Of a DNA stretch of 64,000 bases, positions 12,774-24,090 are shown in pieces. Each line of letters begins with the position of its first letter. Position 1 is the first letter of the stretch. The stretch comes from Camelus dromedarius (taxonomy: Eukaryota): assembly GCF_036321535.1 (NCBI RefSeq), contig NC_087436.1, forward strand, positions 46,626,001 to 46,690,000. Reading direction: 5' to 3'. The position numbers and the translations under genes were made by a program. The notes beneath the pieces were generated by a model. That model saw only the letters and a program-made list of their open reading frames with translations. It was not told the DNA's origin and searched no databases.

Positions 12774-13392
12774 AGGTTTTCTCAAATTCTGATGGTATAA
12801 TAATCACCTGGAGACTTTTAAAATATGCAGATTCTTTGTTACTCGTTCTGTGCTATGCACAACAGGCCAATAAATTGGGAGACAAGGTTTTGGGGCAAGG
12901 AATAATGATTTTATTCAGAAAGCCAGTAGACCAAGAAGATGGTGGACTAATGTTCTAGAGAACCATGCTCTCCAAGTTTGAATGCAGTCTTCTTTTATAC
13001 TAAAAGGGGAAGGGGTAAAGTCCTGGCCAGACTCCAGAGAGATGTGTTAATTTCCTCCTCCCTGCAGCCATTCACAGGTGGGCCTGGTCAGAATGTTTCC
13101 TGTGAGCTAAAGAAAGGTATTTTAGCTTAATGCTCATTACGTGGGAGGCAGGGTTCCCAGAGATGGGCCACTATGTACAATTTAAGCTCCTAGGCAACAT
13201 CCCTTTTATGATTACCAACCAATAGAATACAAAGGTAAAAGAAACAGGTCTAACATAGAGCAAGACTTTTTCTTCCCTATTATATCCTGAAGTCTGCCCT
13301 TAGAAATTCATTTTCAGATATCTGCATTTTTAACAATCATCTTAGATAATTCTGATACAGGTACTCTGAGGATCATATTATGAGAAACATTG
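12774..13392. mobile_element. MER5-like hAT DNA transposon split by an LTR insertion
   Basis: CAGGTTTTCTCAAA...AATCACCTGGAG...ATGCAGATTC on the left and ATCTGCATTTTTAACAA...GAGAAACATTG on the right. Confidence 0.65.
12837..13284 (-). mobile_element. ERV1-type solo LTR inserted into the MER5 element
   Basis: TG start; TTTATT and TTTTATA (poly(A) signal and TATA on -); 4-bp TSD tctt (12833-12836) / tcct (13285-13288). Confidence 0.7.
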
Positions 13393-16300
13393 GCTTAAAG
13401 ATTTGAAATAAGAGGGGTGTTCATGTAGCTAAGGGAGCTGCCATTAGAGGGGTCAGTAATGGAGCAATTAAGAACCAATTTTATTGTGGACAGATTAAAC
13501 CTTGTAATTAGAATTCAATTAGAGAAATGATTATCGTCCTTTTTATGTGTTAAGTGCATATAATTTCTGAGAATTTATATTGGTCCTTGGGAGATGCATG
13601 TAAGAGTGTGTGAATGTGTGTGCGCGCATGTGTGTGTGCGTGCGTGTGTTTATCTTCCAGCAGGTACCTCATGGACACTTAAAAAGAATAAACAAGTGTA
13701 TCTGCACAAGTCACCCTGGCAAAGAGTCCTTTAAAAAGAATGGACTTGGGTGGACCAGTAACTGTCCTCTGTGGGTCTTCTGGAATGGCATGCCAAAGCC
13801 CACCACACCCCATCCTGAAGCCAAGTAAATTACTCATGGTTGAATCTAAGTTTTTCCCTTTTTACAAAATATAATGGTACAGAGTGACCCTTACGGTGGA
13901 GGGGAAAATTGGCATTTGGGTTTCCAATATTAATAAACTGTTTCCAAATTTATCTTTTCTAAATTAAAGAAACTCATTTATTCCAGGTTTTCCTCATAGA
14001 AACCTGTTCCCAAGAATCTATTTTTTTAATTCAAGTTTAATTATATGTGAAGTATAATTTATACACAGTAAAAAAAATACCTTTTAAGGTATGTGGATTG
14101 ATAATAGTATATTCATATTTGACAAACATATATGAAGAATGCAGAAGCAGCCCAAACTCCTTCTTCCTGGTCTGCGGTCAATGTGTGTTTGATTCCAGGC
14201 ACCATGGTTGTACCCATGGAGTGGCTCAGCTTCAGACCTATAATGGATTTGGGAGGGTAGAGAATCTCCTATTTCTACAGAAACACTCAGAGACACGCTA
14301 TGCTTATATATCAAGCCTTAATGAGAAAATATGAGGGTCAATTGTTTCTGTGGCCAACAAGTGAGCTAAGTGTTTTCTTACCCTTATGCAGGTCAAAGAG
14401 TGCCAGGTTGAGACTACACATGACTCTTATGAGTCAAGAGCCAAAATCCCTTCTTCAGAAAATCAGGACCTTCCCAGCTCTTGGAGTCCATAGTCCGATG
14501 CATGACAACTCGAGGTTAATTTAATCCTCTTTTCTCTAACCACTGAGGTCCTGGTGCATCGGCTTTAAAAGGAGCAAGACGATGATTTTTCTCTGATATT
14601 CAAAAGTTATGGAAGTAAAACTCAAAAAAATCAAGATGGTTCTGATACATTTGAATGAAGAGTAAAGCCTCTATAGCTGGTAATTTATATGTAACTGGCA
14701 TTTCCATGAAAATGTGAAGATTTATCATTGTTACCAAGAACTGCTTTGGGATCCTCAAACAAAAGAATCAATTTACATATTCAATAGGAAAAATCTCCAG
14801 TGAATAATACAAAATTATAATTAAGCCCTCAAACTGAGTCAATTTATTTCTACCTAATAATAATAATAATAAATTATTAAATTAAAAAATCTATAGCTCT
14901 GAAAATGAAACCTAAGAGTTTCTCTAAAGTCCTCTAATATGATGGGATCCAAATATAAAGATAATTTGAATAAATAAGCTTTGCTCCAAAAGTGCATGAA
15001 ATCCTTTCATTGTGATTGTTTCCATGTGTCTCCTTGAAAGCGTCACAGGTCAAGAGTGATAGAAAACAGTCTTTTTTTTTTTTTTTAAATGGCATGTTTG
15101 CATTAGCTAATCCTACCATAGTGTTATATCTGATCTGGCTTGATTCTGGGTGTTATAACTTGGGGGTGCATGCTGACATGGCCCCTCGAGAGGGAGTCCC
15201 TGCCAGCTGGGGGAAAGAGAAGCAGAGAATTCTCAGAGTTACCAGATGATTAGAAAAAGCAGTGAGGCTTCAGAATGAAGGGGCAGGGAAAGTTTCTCAG
15301 CTCCATCCCCATAATTAAGCCATAAAAGTCTTGAGCTTCCTCAGTGTGTAACCATGTGGTTTTAAACAATGCTTTAGCTTGAGTTTTCCTAAAAATAGAG
15401 CATGAGAGAAGAACCTGAGGGCAGATAGTTTGTTTAGGGGGTAATCCCAGGAAGCAGACATGAGGGAGTGGGGAACAGGAGCCTGGGAAGGCAGAGAAAC
15501 AGTAATGAGAGAAGTACCATCTTCGTGTAGGAGTTTTCTCCAAAGTACTTTGAAATCATTAGTTAAAGGCTACAGGTTAACTGTAACTTCCAGTGATTTG
15601 GATTTCTTGTCTCTTTTCTTCTAAAAATATTCCCATGCTGGGCTTGCTCTTCCTGTGTTTGTGTCCATATGTACAAGAGTTGCACTCAAACGAAGAGCAC
15701 CCTTTGACCAGCCTCCCACCCCTGCCTCTTCTGGAGCTTTTCTCTGGCTTGAAAGCCTATGACTTCTGGGCTATTAAAACCTATGAAGATGTAGGTCTGT
15801 CTGGTAAATGCCGACTCAGAGGAACCATTTAAAGCCCATCTGCACTATGCTACATGGGGAAAGAGAGAAGGCATGACTCCCTGGAGACTGGGAGGTAGGA
15901 TGGGTGACACAGGCAGGACCATCAATGCCTTGGCAAATATTTCCTGGACTCTTCAGGTGTTGCTGCCCAGGATCCGTGCCTGCGGGGAGAAGCAGATGTG
16001 ACCGGCACAACAACACAGGGCAATGCGTGCTCTGTATCATCAAGGTGCATAGGGAGTGTGTTGGAAACATTGAAAAGGGAGCAGTCACCTCTGTCCAGGA
16101 CAGAACTGACGTCTTCAGAGTCCAGAAGACATTGGAAGAAAAATATTTACCAGAGAGCAAAGGGAGACACCCCCTTCCAGACAAAGGAAGAGCACTGCAA
16201 AAGCCCAAGGTCTAGAGTGAGAACCAATGAAAGGAAAGAGAAAGGGAAGAGAGAGGGCAAGAGGAGGGAGAGAGGTGTGGGTGGTGAAGGGAGACCAAGG

Positions 16301-16458
16301 CAATTGATAACGAAATTTGAACATTATCTTCTAAACTCTGAGGGGGCTGTGAAGAGCTTTAAGCAAACAGATTTGCTTTATATAAAGATCTCTCTAAGGT
16401 GACTACAAGGTAGAGAGCAAAGAGGTGAGTTTGGAAGCAGGGGAAGGGGTGCTCGGAT

Positions 16459-16941
16459 TGTCAGTTTCCTTTGCTGCAATAACAAATTATCACAAATGTA
16501 GTGGCTTAAAACACAAATTCATTCTCTTAGCATTCTGGAGGTCAGAACTCTAAGGTGAATCCTAAGGGGTTAAAAAGTAAGGTATTGGCAGGGCTGGTTC
16601 CTTCTGCAGGCTCTTGGGGAGAATCTGTTTCCTTGTCTTCTCCAGCTTTTGGAGACCACCTGCATTGCTTGGCTCCTGGTCCACTTCCTCCACCTTGAAA
16701 GTGCCTCCCTCCAACTTCTATATCTGTCATCCCTTCTCCTCCTTCCTTGACCTTCTTGCCTCCCTCTTATTAGGACCCTTGTGATTACATCAGACCCAGT
16801 TGGATCATCCAGGATAATCTCTCCATCTCAAAATCCTTAATTTAGTCACATCTGCAAAGTCCCTTTGGATATAAGGTAACGTTCACAGTTCCAGGGATTT
16901 GGACAGGACATCTCCTGGGGGCCGTTATTCAGTCCACTACA
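16459..16941 (-). mobile_element. MaLR LTR (MLT1C/D-like)
   Basis: AACAAATTATCACAAATGTAGTGGCTTAAAACA...TTCTGGAGGTCAGAA...GGGGCCGTTATTCAGTCCACTACA. Confidence 0.85.
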
Positions 16942-17510
16942 GTGATAGTTTCCAAGTGAGAGATAAGTCAAATGAACCCCTAAAATACCTGGGAATATCC
17001 TAAAATAAAAGAGCTCTAGGAAGGAAGAATATAATGTTTCATTTTCTTTTCTTCAATGGGGAATGAGAAACTTATTACTAACAAACAATGAAAGTATACA
17101 GTCAAGCAAAAGGAATTAGCATCTTTGCTGTTCTGGCTTTTTCCTCTTCTTATCCAATGCTTTCTTTACATTTGTTTGTTTGTGTGTGTGTGTTTTCATT
17201 ATGTAAGTGCTGTGATTCCAGGGTGGCAGTGCCCACGTTACATGTAACATGGTTGTCTCTCTTGAGACTTGGATAACAGCATCAAATTCAGGTCATACTG
17301 AAAGCACATTGATGTGTAGGTATTCTGGGGACAGATGTTATCTCTGCTATTTCTCTTTGAGGTCCTGGAGAGCACTAGTTGCTCTGATTCATATTTTTAT
17401 CTCCTATGGAGTGGAAAACACTTTCTACACTAGATGTTTGTTGTCTGCTCACCCAGCATGTCTTTCTCCTTCCCTCATCTTCACTGTGCTGGATTTTCAA
17501 ATAGATACCC

Positions 17511-17511
<1 letters not shown>

Positions 17512-17547
<36 letters not shown>
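17512..17547. repeat. (AC)18 microsatellite
   Basis: Read directly. Confidence 0.97.
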
Positions 17548-17551
<4 letters not shown>

Positions 17552-17554
17552 TTG

Positions 17555-17887
17555 TCGATGTAGTCAGTCAGCATTTTCCATTCCTTGGCCCACAGTCCAT
17601 GGACTATTGGCTTAAGCTGTTCCCAGCAGAGTGAATGCTGGAACAGAAGAGCTCTCCTGCTTTGAGACGTGAATCTAAAACTTCTATAGACACTCAGCCA
17701 GTGTGAGGATAAAAGTAATACCTCTATGAAGAGAAGCACACTGTTGAACCACTGAAAAAAATCAACCGTAAAGCCTGCTCTCCCTCTGGACATTTCAGTT
17801 AAATAAGCCAATAAATCCTTTTTGTTCATTAATCTAATTCGAATTGGGTTTTCTATTTTTGCAAGCTAACATTTTCTAACAAGCACA
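17555..17887 (+). mobile_element. MaLR LTR remnant (old MLT1)
   Basis: 3' signature CTCTGGACATTTCAGTT...CCAATAAATCCTTTT...TTGGGTTTTCT...TTGCAA. Confidence 0.65.
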
Positions 17888-18369
17888 TAGTCACTCCTTG
17901 GTGTATGAATGTGAACACATAAATGGATAACAAGAAAAATACTTTCACTACAACATTCTTCTTATCCTATTCAGAACAGTTTGAGTGTTGATCTCATTAA
18001 AATATCTGCTTTTTTTCCCCCCTGGGCATTGGCATAATTAGGAAAATATGGGCACATAACTTTAGAATTATATATATCAAATAGAGATATAGAAACACCA
18101 TTTTCCAGGTGCAGGGTTGAAGGGGCAGCAATCCCAATCAGATTGCTGAGAATTAGGGTCCCGATCTTGGAGAAGTTTTTGCAAGGTAAGCACCTTGCTT
18201 TTCCTTAGATTTTTGGAGCTTGGAGTTGTCTCTGCAGGACTCGTGGGGATTACAAGGGTGTCAAGGCCACTCCTTGTTGCCTTTATTTGCCCAAAGATTG
18301 CTCCTCACTCCTTTTCTAAAAATCATTTAGTGTAATCAAATATTAAATAAATGGTAAAAATCAATAGTA

Positions 18370-18446
18370 ACATTATACAGTACACCAGAAATTGACACAA
18401 CATTGTAAACTGACTATACGTCAATAAATAAATAAATAAATAAATA
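18370..18446 (+). mobile_element. Very short L1 3' end
   Basis: TACACCAGAAATTGACACAACATTGTAAACTGACTATAC plus (AAAT)n tail; TSD aaaaatcaatagta / aaaaatcgattgta. Confidence 0.8.
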
Positions 18447-19499
18447 GGAAAAAATCGATTGTAGAACTGAAAAGGAATGCAGTCTCCAGGTTACTTATAA
18501 TTATATTTAAAGACAACTACGAGAACATATCTCAAATGAAGGAGAATGTAAGGGGTAGAGCGTTTCACCCTCTTACGTCGCCAATTCAATTTTATTCTCT
18601 CCATTTCTATGAATATCCATATGAGGCAGGGAACTGAGCATTTCTGAGCCCACCAAAATAACAGAATTGGCCTTAACCACCACATTTTGACCTAAGAAAG
18701 CCCTTACAAAACTGCCTCCCTCCAAGAGTTCAACTTCTTCCCCAGCCTCTTATCTGTCCTGCTGTTCTGCTTGATTTGTCAGTTTGTCTTACTCTGACTC
18801 TCAGAAGAAAGCGCCAAATATCATTTTTTAAGGGTTTAAAATTCCTGCTGACTTTTCATATATGCTAACCACTACTTCTGCCATCTTAACTACTTTAATG
18901 AAATGTTACTATTCATTCTTGTGTCCTCACTCCATTTTCTCACTAAAGGCACAATTTGATAACTATGAATATATCGAAGCATATTGAACAAATTTTTTTC
19001 CTGAGTACTTTATGTATGTAAACCTTTCTTTTTACTCTCCCCTAGCAATAATATAAAACACGGCTAGCAAGACACAGGCAAAAACTCACTTACAAACTAT
19101 AGGACCCCACACATCTGGTCTTTAAACTGTTCATAAGTGGTGGGTTATTTCTTAACTAGGCAGCCTTCTGGAGGAAAATGAAGTTAGAACCATAGTCCAC
19201 ACTTCATACTTGGTTAAATTCCCTTAGGTAAAAGATTAAAGTGTTAAAAAAAAAAAACTAGAAAAAATTATGGGATAATTTAAATATATATATACATATA
19301 TATATAAAATCATAAAGTGCAGAAAGTTTTCTAAATGTGTTACACAATACAGAAGTCAAAGAAGAAAAGATTGAAGAATTCTACCATGTGAAAACCCATT
19401 TGTAAAAGCTCTTAATTTTAAAAAAAATGTTTATTTAGAAATAACTATGTTGACAATTAGTAGCAAGCTGTAGTTAGAGCAACGTAATTCACACATTAT

Positions 19500-19501
<2 letters not shown>

Positions 19502-19546
<45 letters not shown>

Positions 19547-19556
19547 TGTGTGTGTG
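19502..19556. repeat. (GT)22 microsatellite with an imperfect extension
   Basis: Read directly. Confidence 0.97.
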
Positions 19557-20989
19557 GAATAGGTGGGTCCCCAGAGTAACTGCTTTCCCTTTCTTTCTCC
19601 AGTCACTCCAGAGTCTGTCTCCTCACACATTGTTAAAAAGTCTGCTTTCCTCCTGCTCCAACCTTGATTGCACTGAGAGGTGGGAGATCAGAGGATGTGA
19701 GAGAAGAGAATGACTACTGGGTGCTTATTAGCAGGGAGTGGAGTCAAGTTGAAAGCTCACTGCCTTGAGAATCTTGAGGATCTGCAGCCTCTTCTGTAGC
19801 CGGAATCCACTGCCACCTCTAGCTGACTGTGAGCCCTTGGGCAGGGGTCTTCACCCATAAAATCTCTCTATCTGACATGGGTTGTTTGAGAAAATTAGAA
19901 GAGGGCAAGTGGGTGAAAGTTGGAAGTGCCCTATAAGTATGCTGCTATTACTATTGTTAACAACAGTTGCCAGACACGGGGCTTGGAAATGGGACCTGTG
20001 TTCATCCATCCGCGCCAGGAGGGATTCTCTGACAGTCGCGAGGCCCAGGAATTCTGGGGGAAATCCTGGGACACAGCAACGTGTGACTTTCTGATCTGGA
20101 AGGCCAGCGGTGGTTGTACTCGCTGAAATGATTTCCCAGAAAAGACAGAAGCTGCTGGTTGGGGTGGGAGGAACCTGGGGTAGCACCGGGATCCAGGGGT
20201 GGGCGGAGCCATCCGGGGAGTGGGAGGGGCTCCGGTGCCCTACACGCTTCTCCAAGCTTGACGGACGGGGGAGACGTGGTACTGGAGCTGCACCAGGGTG
20301 CGAGCAGCGCCAAGTGTGATGTGACTTAGATGTGAGCAGTGTTTGAAAACAATCTGATGTACGTTAGGGCATGTAAGTGAATAAATAACTGACCGGGCTG
20401 GGAAGAGCCAGGAGAGAGGTCAACTGAGGAAAAGGTTATTTATCCACTTTCTACCTGCTCCTATTATCCAGGGTCAAGTTCAGAGTGAAAGCGGATGAAC
20501 CATCTATTGTCACGTGGCAGGAAGGTAAGACTTGCTGCAAGGAAGGGAAAAGCTCACCAGCAAGTGCGGTCCATCAATTCTAATCATCCGCCTGCTTCCT
20601 ACACGATGTCAGGGACTGAAAGAGGCAGAAGGGCTCAAAACAGGCTGCCTGCCCCGTCCTGCCCTGTCCCCGGAGCCACCTTCCTAGTTTCCCTAGTCTG
20701 CTCCCAGTTTCCAGAAGGAAAATAATGCTGACCAATTGGAGAGGAAGGGGAGTCTTGGCTAAAAGGTGGCAGCTCTTCTGTAAAATGTCCCCCTCATAGT
20801 CACCAGAAATGGTGGTTGGGATCTAGAAAATGTCATAGAATGTGAAAAGGAGGGCCACTGACCTTATAGATGCTCAAACTGAAGCTGGAACTGACCGCAA
20901 AAAGTGTTTAGTCCCAACCACTCTTGTTATTTAGGAAAAAATGGAAACCTAGGAAGGTTAAGGGATGTGCCCATGCTCATATAGCCCCC

Positions 20990-21572
20990 TCTGAAGTAGA
21001 CGTGTTTAGGTGGATCTGTCCAGGGTATAAGCCAATGACCTCCCTTCACCTTCTCTGGGAGTTTTCCTTGACACAGTTTGCTCCCTTGTAGCCATGTTGG
21101 TGTTCTGTGAACTTAGCCCACTGGCTGTAAGTAAGTGGACCAGGGGTGTAAACCCAGCTATGTCAGTCACTCATCTTTCAATATTTGAAACCATTAGGTG
21201 GTGATTCAAAACTCTTTATGTTGCTAGAAATATAACTTATAAATTCAGGCAATATAACTTGTAAATATGTTAAAGAGCCTGTCTAGAAAATGTCACAGAA
21301 TGTGAAAAGGAGGCACACTGTCATGTACCTGTGCACAAAGGGGCAGAGACATGGGTCAGCAGACTGAAGCAGCTGTGCAGATAATGGCAGAAAAACACGA
21401 AAAGAGAGTGAACCCTGGGGCCTTCTAGTTCCTTCTTCCAGTCACTCATCGAGCTTAGCTGATTCCTGCTCTTGGATTCCATGATATGTCTCTGCCACCC
21501 CCAACCCCCTTTCCCTTCGTGTTAGTTCAAGTTACTTGCTTCTATTACTTGCAGTCGAAGAAGACTAATATC
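20990..21572 (+). mobile_element. Old MaLR LTR (MLT1-like)
   Basis: 3' end TTCTATTACTTGCAGTCGAAGAAGACTAATA resembles the MLT1 terminus; boundaries approximate. Confidence 0.55.
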
Positions 21573-22141
21573 CTCTTCAGTAAGTGTGAGTAGATGTGGC
21601 TGCCAGGATGACCCTCTCTGCTTGCACTCCTGGCCATCAAGCAGGGAGCCTGCCTGATCCTTCCTTTTCTCACTGGATGTGGAAGACACCCTGGCAGAGT
21701 GGCGACTGGGAACTGCTTTTGTGAATCCAGAAGGATGTAGCATGGAAGGGATGTTGCTGAGAGCACCAAGATGTCCACCTGACAGGGATGTGTATAAAAA
21801 GGGATGAGATCACAGCTGAGTTGCCTGGCAATCTGAATTACTCCCCCAGATCATCCCTGGGATGGCCCAGCTGCTGCTTTCTCCTTTTCTCTGTCTGAGA
21901 TCATCATGACTACTTGCTGTCACAGTCTCCGTGTGTCCTTGGATCAGTCCTTATGGAAATTTCTGCAAAGCCTAGCTAATTCTGGGTCTCCTGCTTGGGA
22001 GTAGACATTCTCTAACCACAGTTCCTCTGCTGTCCTCACAGAGCCGGGGTTATAGACCTCCAATCCCTGGTTCCACATTTCTCAGGACAGTCATTGGCTT
22101 TTTGCCTAAATCCTAATCTCCAAGGTGTCCCCTCCCTCCCC

Positions 22142-22650
22142 TGTCTTAAGTTGGTTTCCCCAGGAGTAGACCTGGATAAAAGCATTTGTGCAAGTAGTTT
22201 ATCTCAATGAGTCCTAGCCGGGAAACAGGGAAGTAAGAAAGGGAACAGAAGGCAGCTAACCAAGTATGTGTTATGAAGCGGGTTATCACTCTGGACACCT
22301 GGTGCTCAATCCTACCAGGGACTTGGGGAGAGGGTGAGAAAACACTGTAGACTAACAATAACTTTCCTACTTACCGAATAGCAGGATTGGGGTAATGTAT
22401 ATAAAAGTTCTTTTTTCCCACCCTAATGCACAAGGAAGCTAAAGTCTATTTCTCTTGCAATTCCCAATCAACATTAGCTGATGCCTGTTTCTGGAGGATT
22501 CACTTGCCAATACCACTGGCTGGCCCCATACTTGGACCAAGAGTGAGCCTGCAGGCAGATACACAGTCCGTGCAGGAGGACGCCTTCCACACATGCTTGA
22601 ATGGTGAGGTCCCAGGGGACATGGGCAGGGCACAGAAGTGTCCACTATAG
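22142..22650 (-). mobile_element. ERVL LTR (LTR33/LTR16-like) carrying a 68-bp foreign insert
   Basis: TGTCTTAAGTTGGTTTCCCCAGGAGTAGACC...TGCAAGTAGTTTAT...GCTCAATCCTACCAGGGAC. Confidence 0.6.
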
Positions 22651-22851
22651 CCTATTTGTCCCAGCTGGTACATTATTATACAAGCATAGCATTGTCCACA
22701 GTGAACTCAAGTCAAAGACAAATCATTCAAATATGGGGACCCTAGGCCCTGTATCTAGCAGAGACAAGCTCTAGAACCTTTTGAACCTCATGCCAGTGCT
22801 CATCCCCACCCAGCTGCAGCTGCTGGGGAGCAGAATTAAATTCAGTCCAGT

Positions 22852-23013
22852 GGGGAGGGTATAGCTCAGTGGTAGAGCACATGCTTAGCATGTACGAGGT
22901 CTTGGGTTCAATCACCAGTACCTATATTAAAAAAAAAATTTCTTAAGAAAAAAACCCCTAATTACCTTCCCCCTCAAAAAAAATTAAAAATAAAAAAAAT
23001 AAAAATAAATAAG
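22852..23013 (+). mobile_element. tRNA-Ala-derived SINE (vic-1 type)
   Basis: GGGGAGGGTATAGCTCAGTGGTAGAG...; 13-bp TSD taaattcagtcca at 22837-22849 and 23014-23026. Confidence 0.93.
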
Positions 23014-23269
23014 TAAATTCAGTCCACACAATTCAGTCAGGAAATACTATTTTGTGGAGTTAGTTACATGTGCATAAAGTTGATGGTATTTGTTTTTAAG
23101 GAATAGCCTTATTCCTAAGGCTGTTCCAAGTTTTTTATCAAGTCTCTCTCTCCCTCTTTTCCTCCAGAAATATAAATGCAGGATCAAGGAATGCCACAGG
23201 ACAGAGAGATTTGTTCCTCTGCCAAAGCATATTACAGTCAAAACAGCATGGACTTTGGGGCCAACCAAT

Positions 23270-24090
23270 CTAGTTTTATTTCTGCTTTTGTGTCTTAAAA
23301 AATCCTCCCCAACCTTGAAGTCATGAAGAAATACTTCAATATATTTTCTAAAGGCTTTATAGCCTTTCATATTTAAATACTTAATCCAATTAGAATTGAT
23401 TTCTGTATATGGGGTTTTTTTCCGCACATAGATTACCCGATTGTCCAAGAAACATTTATTGAAAATGTTAATTTCTCTAGTGGTCTACAGTGTCATCTTG
23501 TCATCTATCAAGTATTCACATGAGTGTGAGTCTGTTTCAGGCTCCATTCTGTCCCATTGTTCTGTCTGTCCATCCCTGGAGCAATACTGCACTGTCTTAA
23601 CCAGCATGGGTCTTAAGTTTTCGTATCTGGTAGGACAGGTTCTCCTACTTTATTATTTTTCTTCTAGACTGCCTCACCAGTTCTTGGCCCTTTGTATTTC
23701 AGTATACACTCTAGAATCAGCTTCTTAAAGTAATTTTTGGAATTTTGTTTGGGATTGCTGAATTGATAAATCAATTTGGGGAGAATTGACATACATATAA
23801 TATGCTTCCATTTATATAAAGTTAAAAGCTGACAAAAAACTAACCTATAGTGTTTAGAGATTGATGAATTTAAAATGCAGCAAGGAATTGATTACCACGA
23901 AAGTCAGTGGAGTGGTTACCTCTAAGAGGGAAGTAAGGGCCGTGATTGTGAAGGGATACATAAGGAGCCTTTGTTTTATTTCCTGACCTGATGGTACTTA
24001 TATGGGTGTCTGCCTTATAATTATTTATTAAAATGTGTATTTATGATTACTTACTTTTTGTAGTATAGGTCATAATAAAAATATTTTTAA
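23270..24090. mobile_element. Old L1 fragments (ORF2 on -, then an L1ME-type 3' UTR on +)
   Basis: Minus-strand remnant TPYTEINSNWIKYLNMK is L1 ORF2-like; the downstream part resembles L1ME 3' UTR. Confidence 0.65.

Noticed and set aside
22852..22925. Apparent tRNA-Ala(AGC) genes (this copy and nine others)
   Set aside because: They carry A-rich tails, mostly clear TSDs, and stem-breaking substitutions, so they are SINEs rather than functional tRNA genes.
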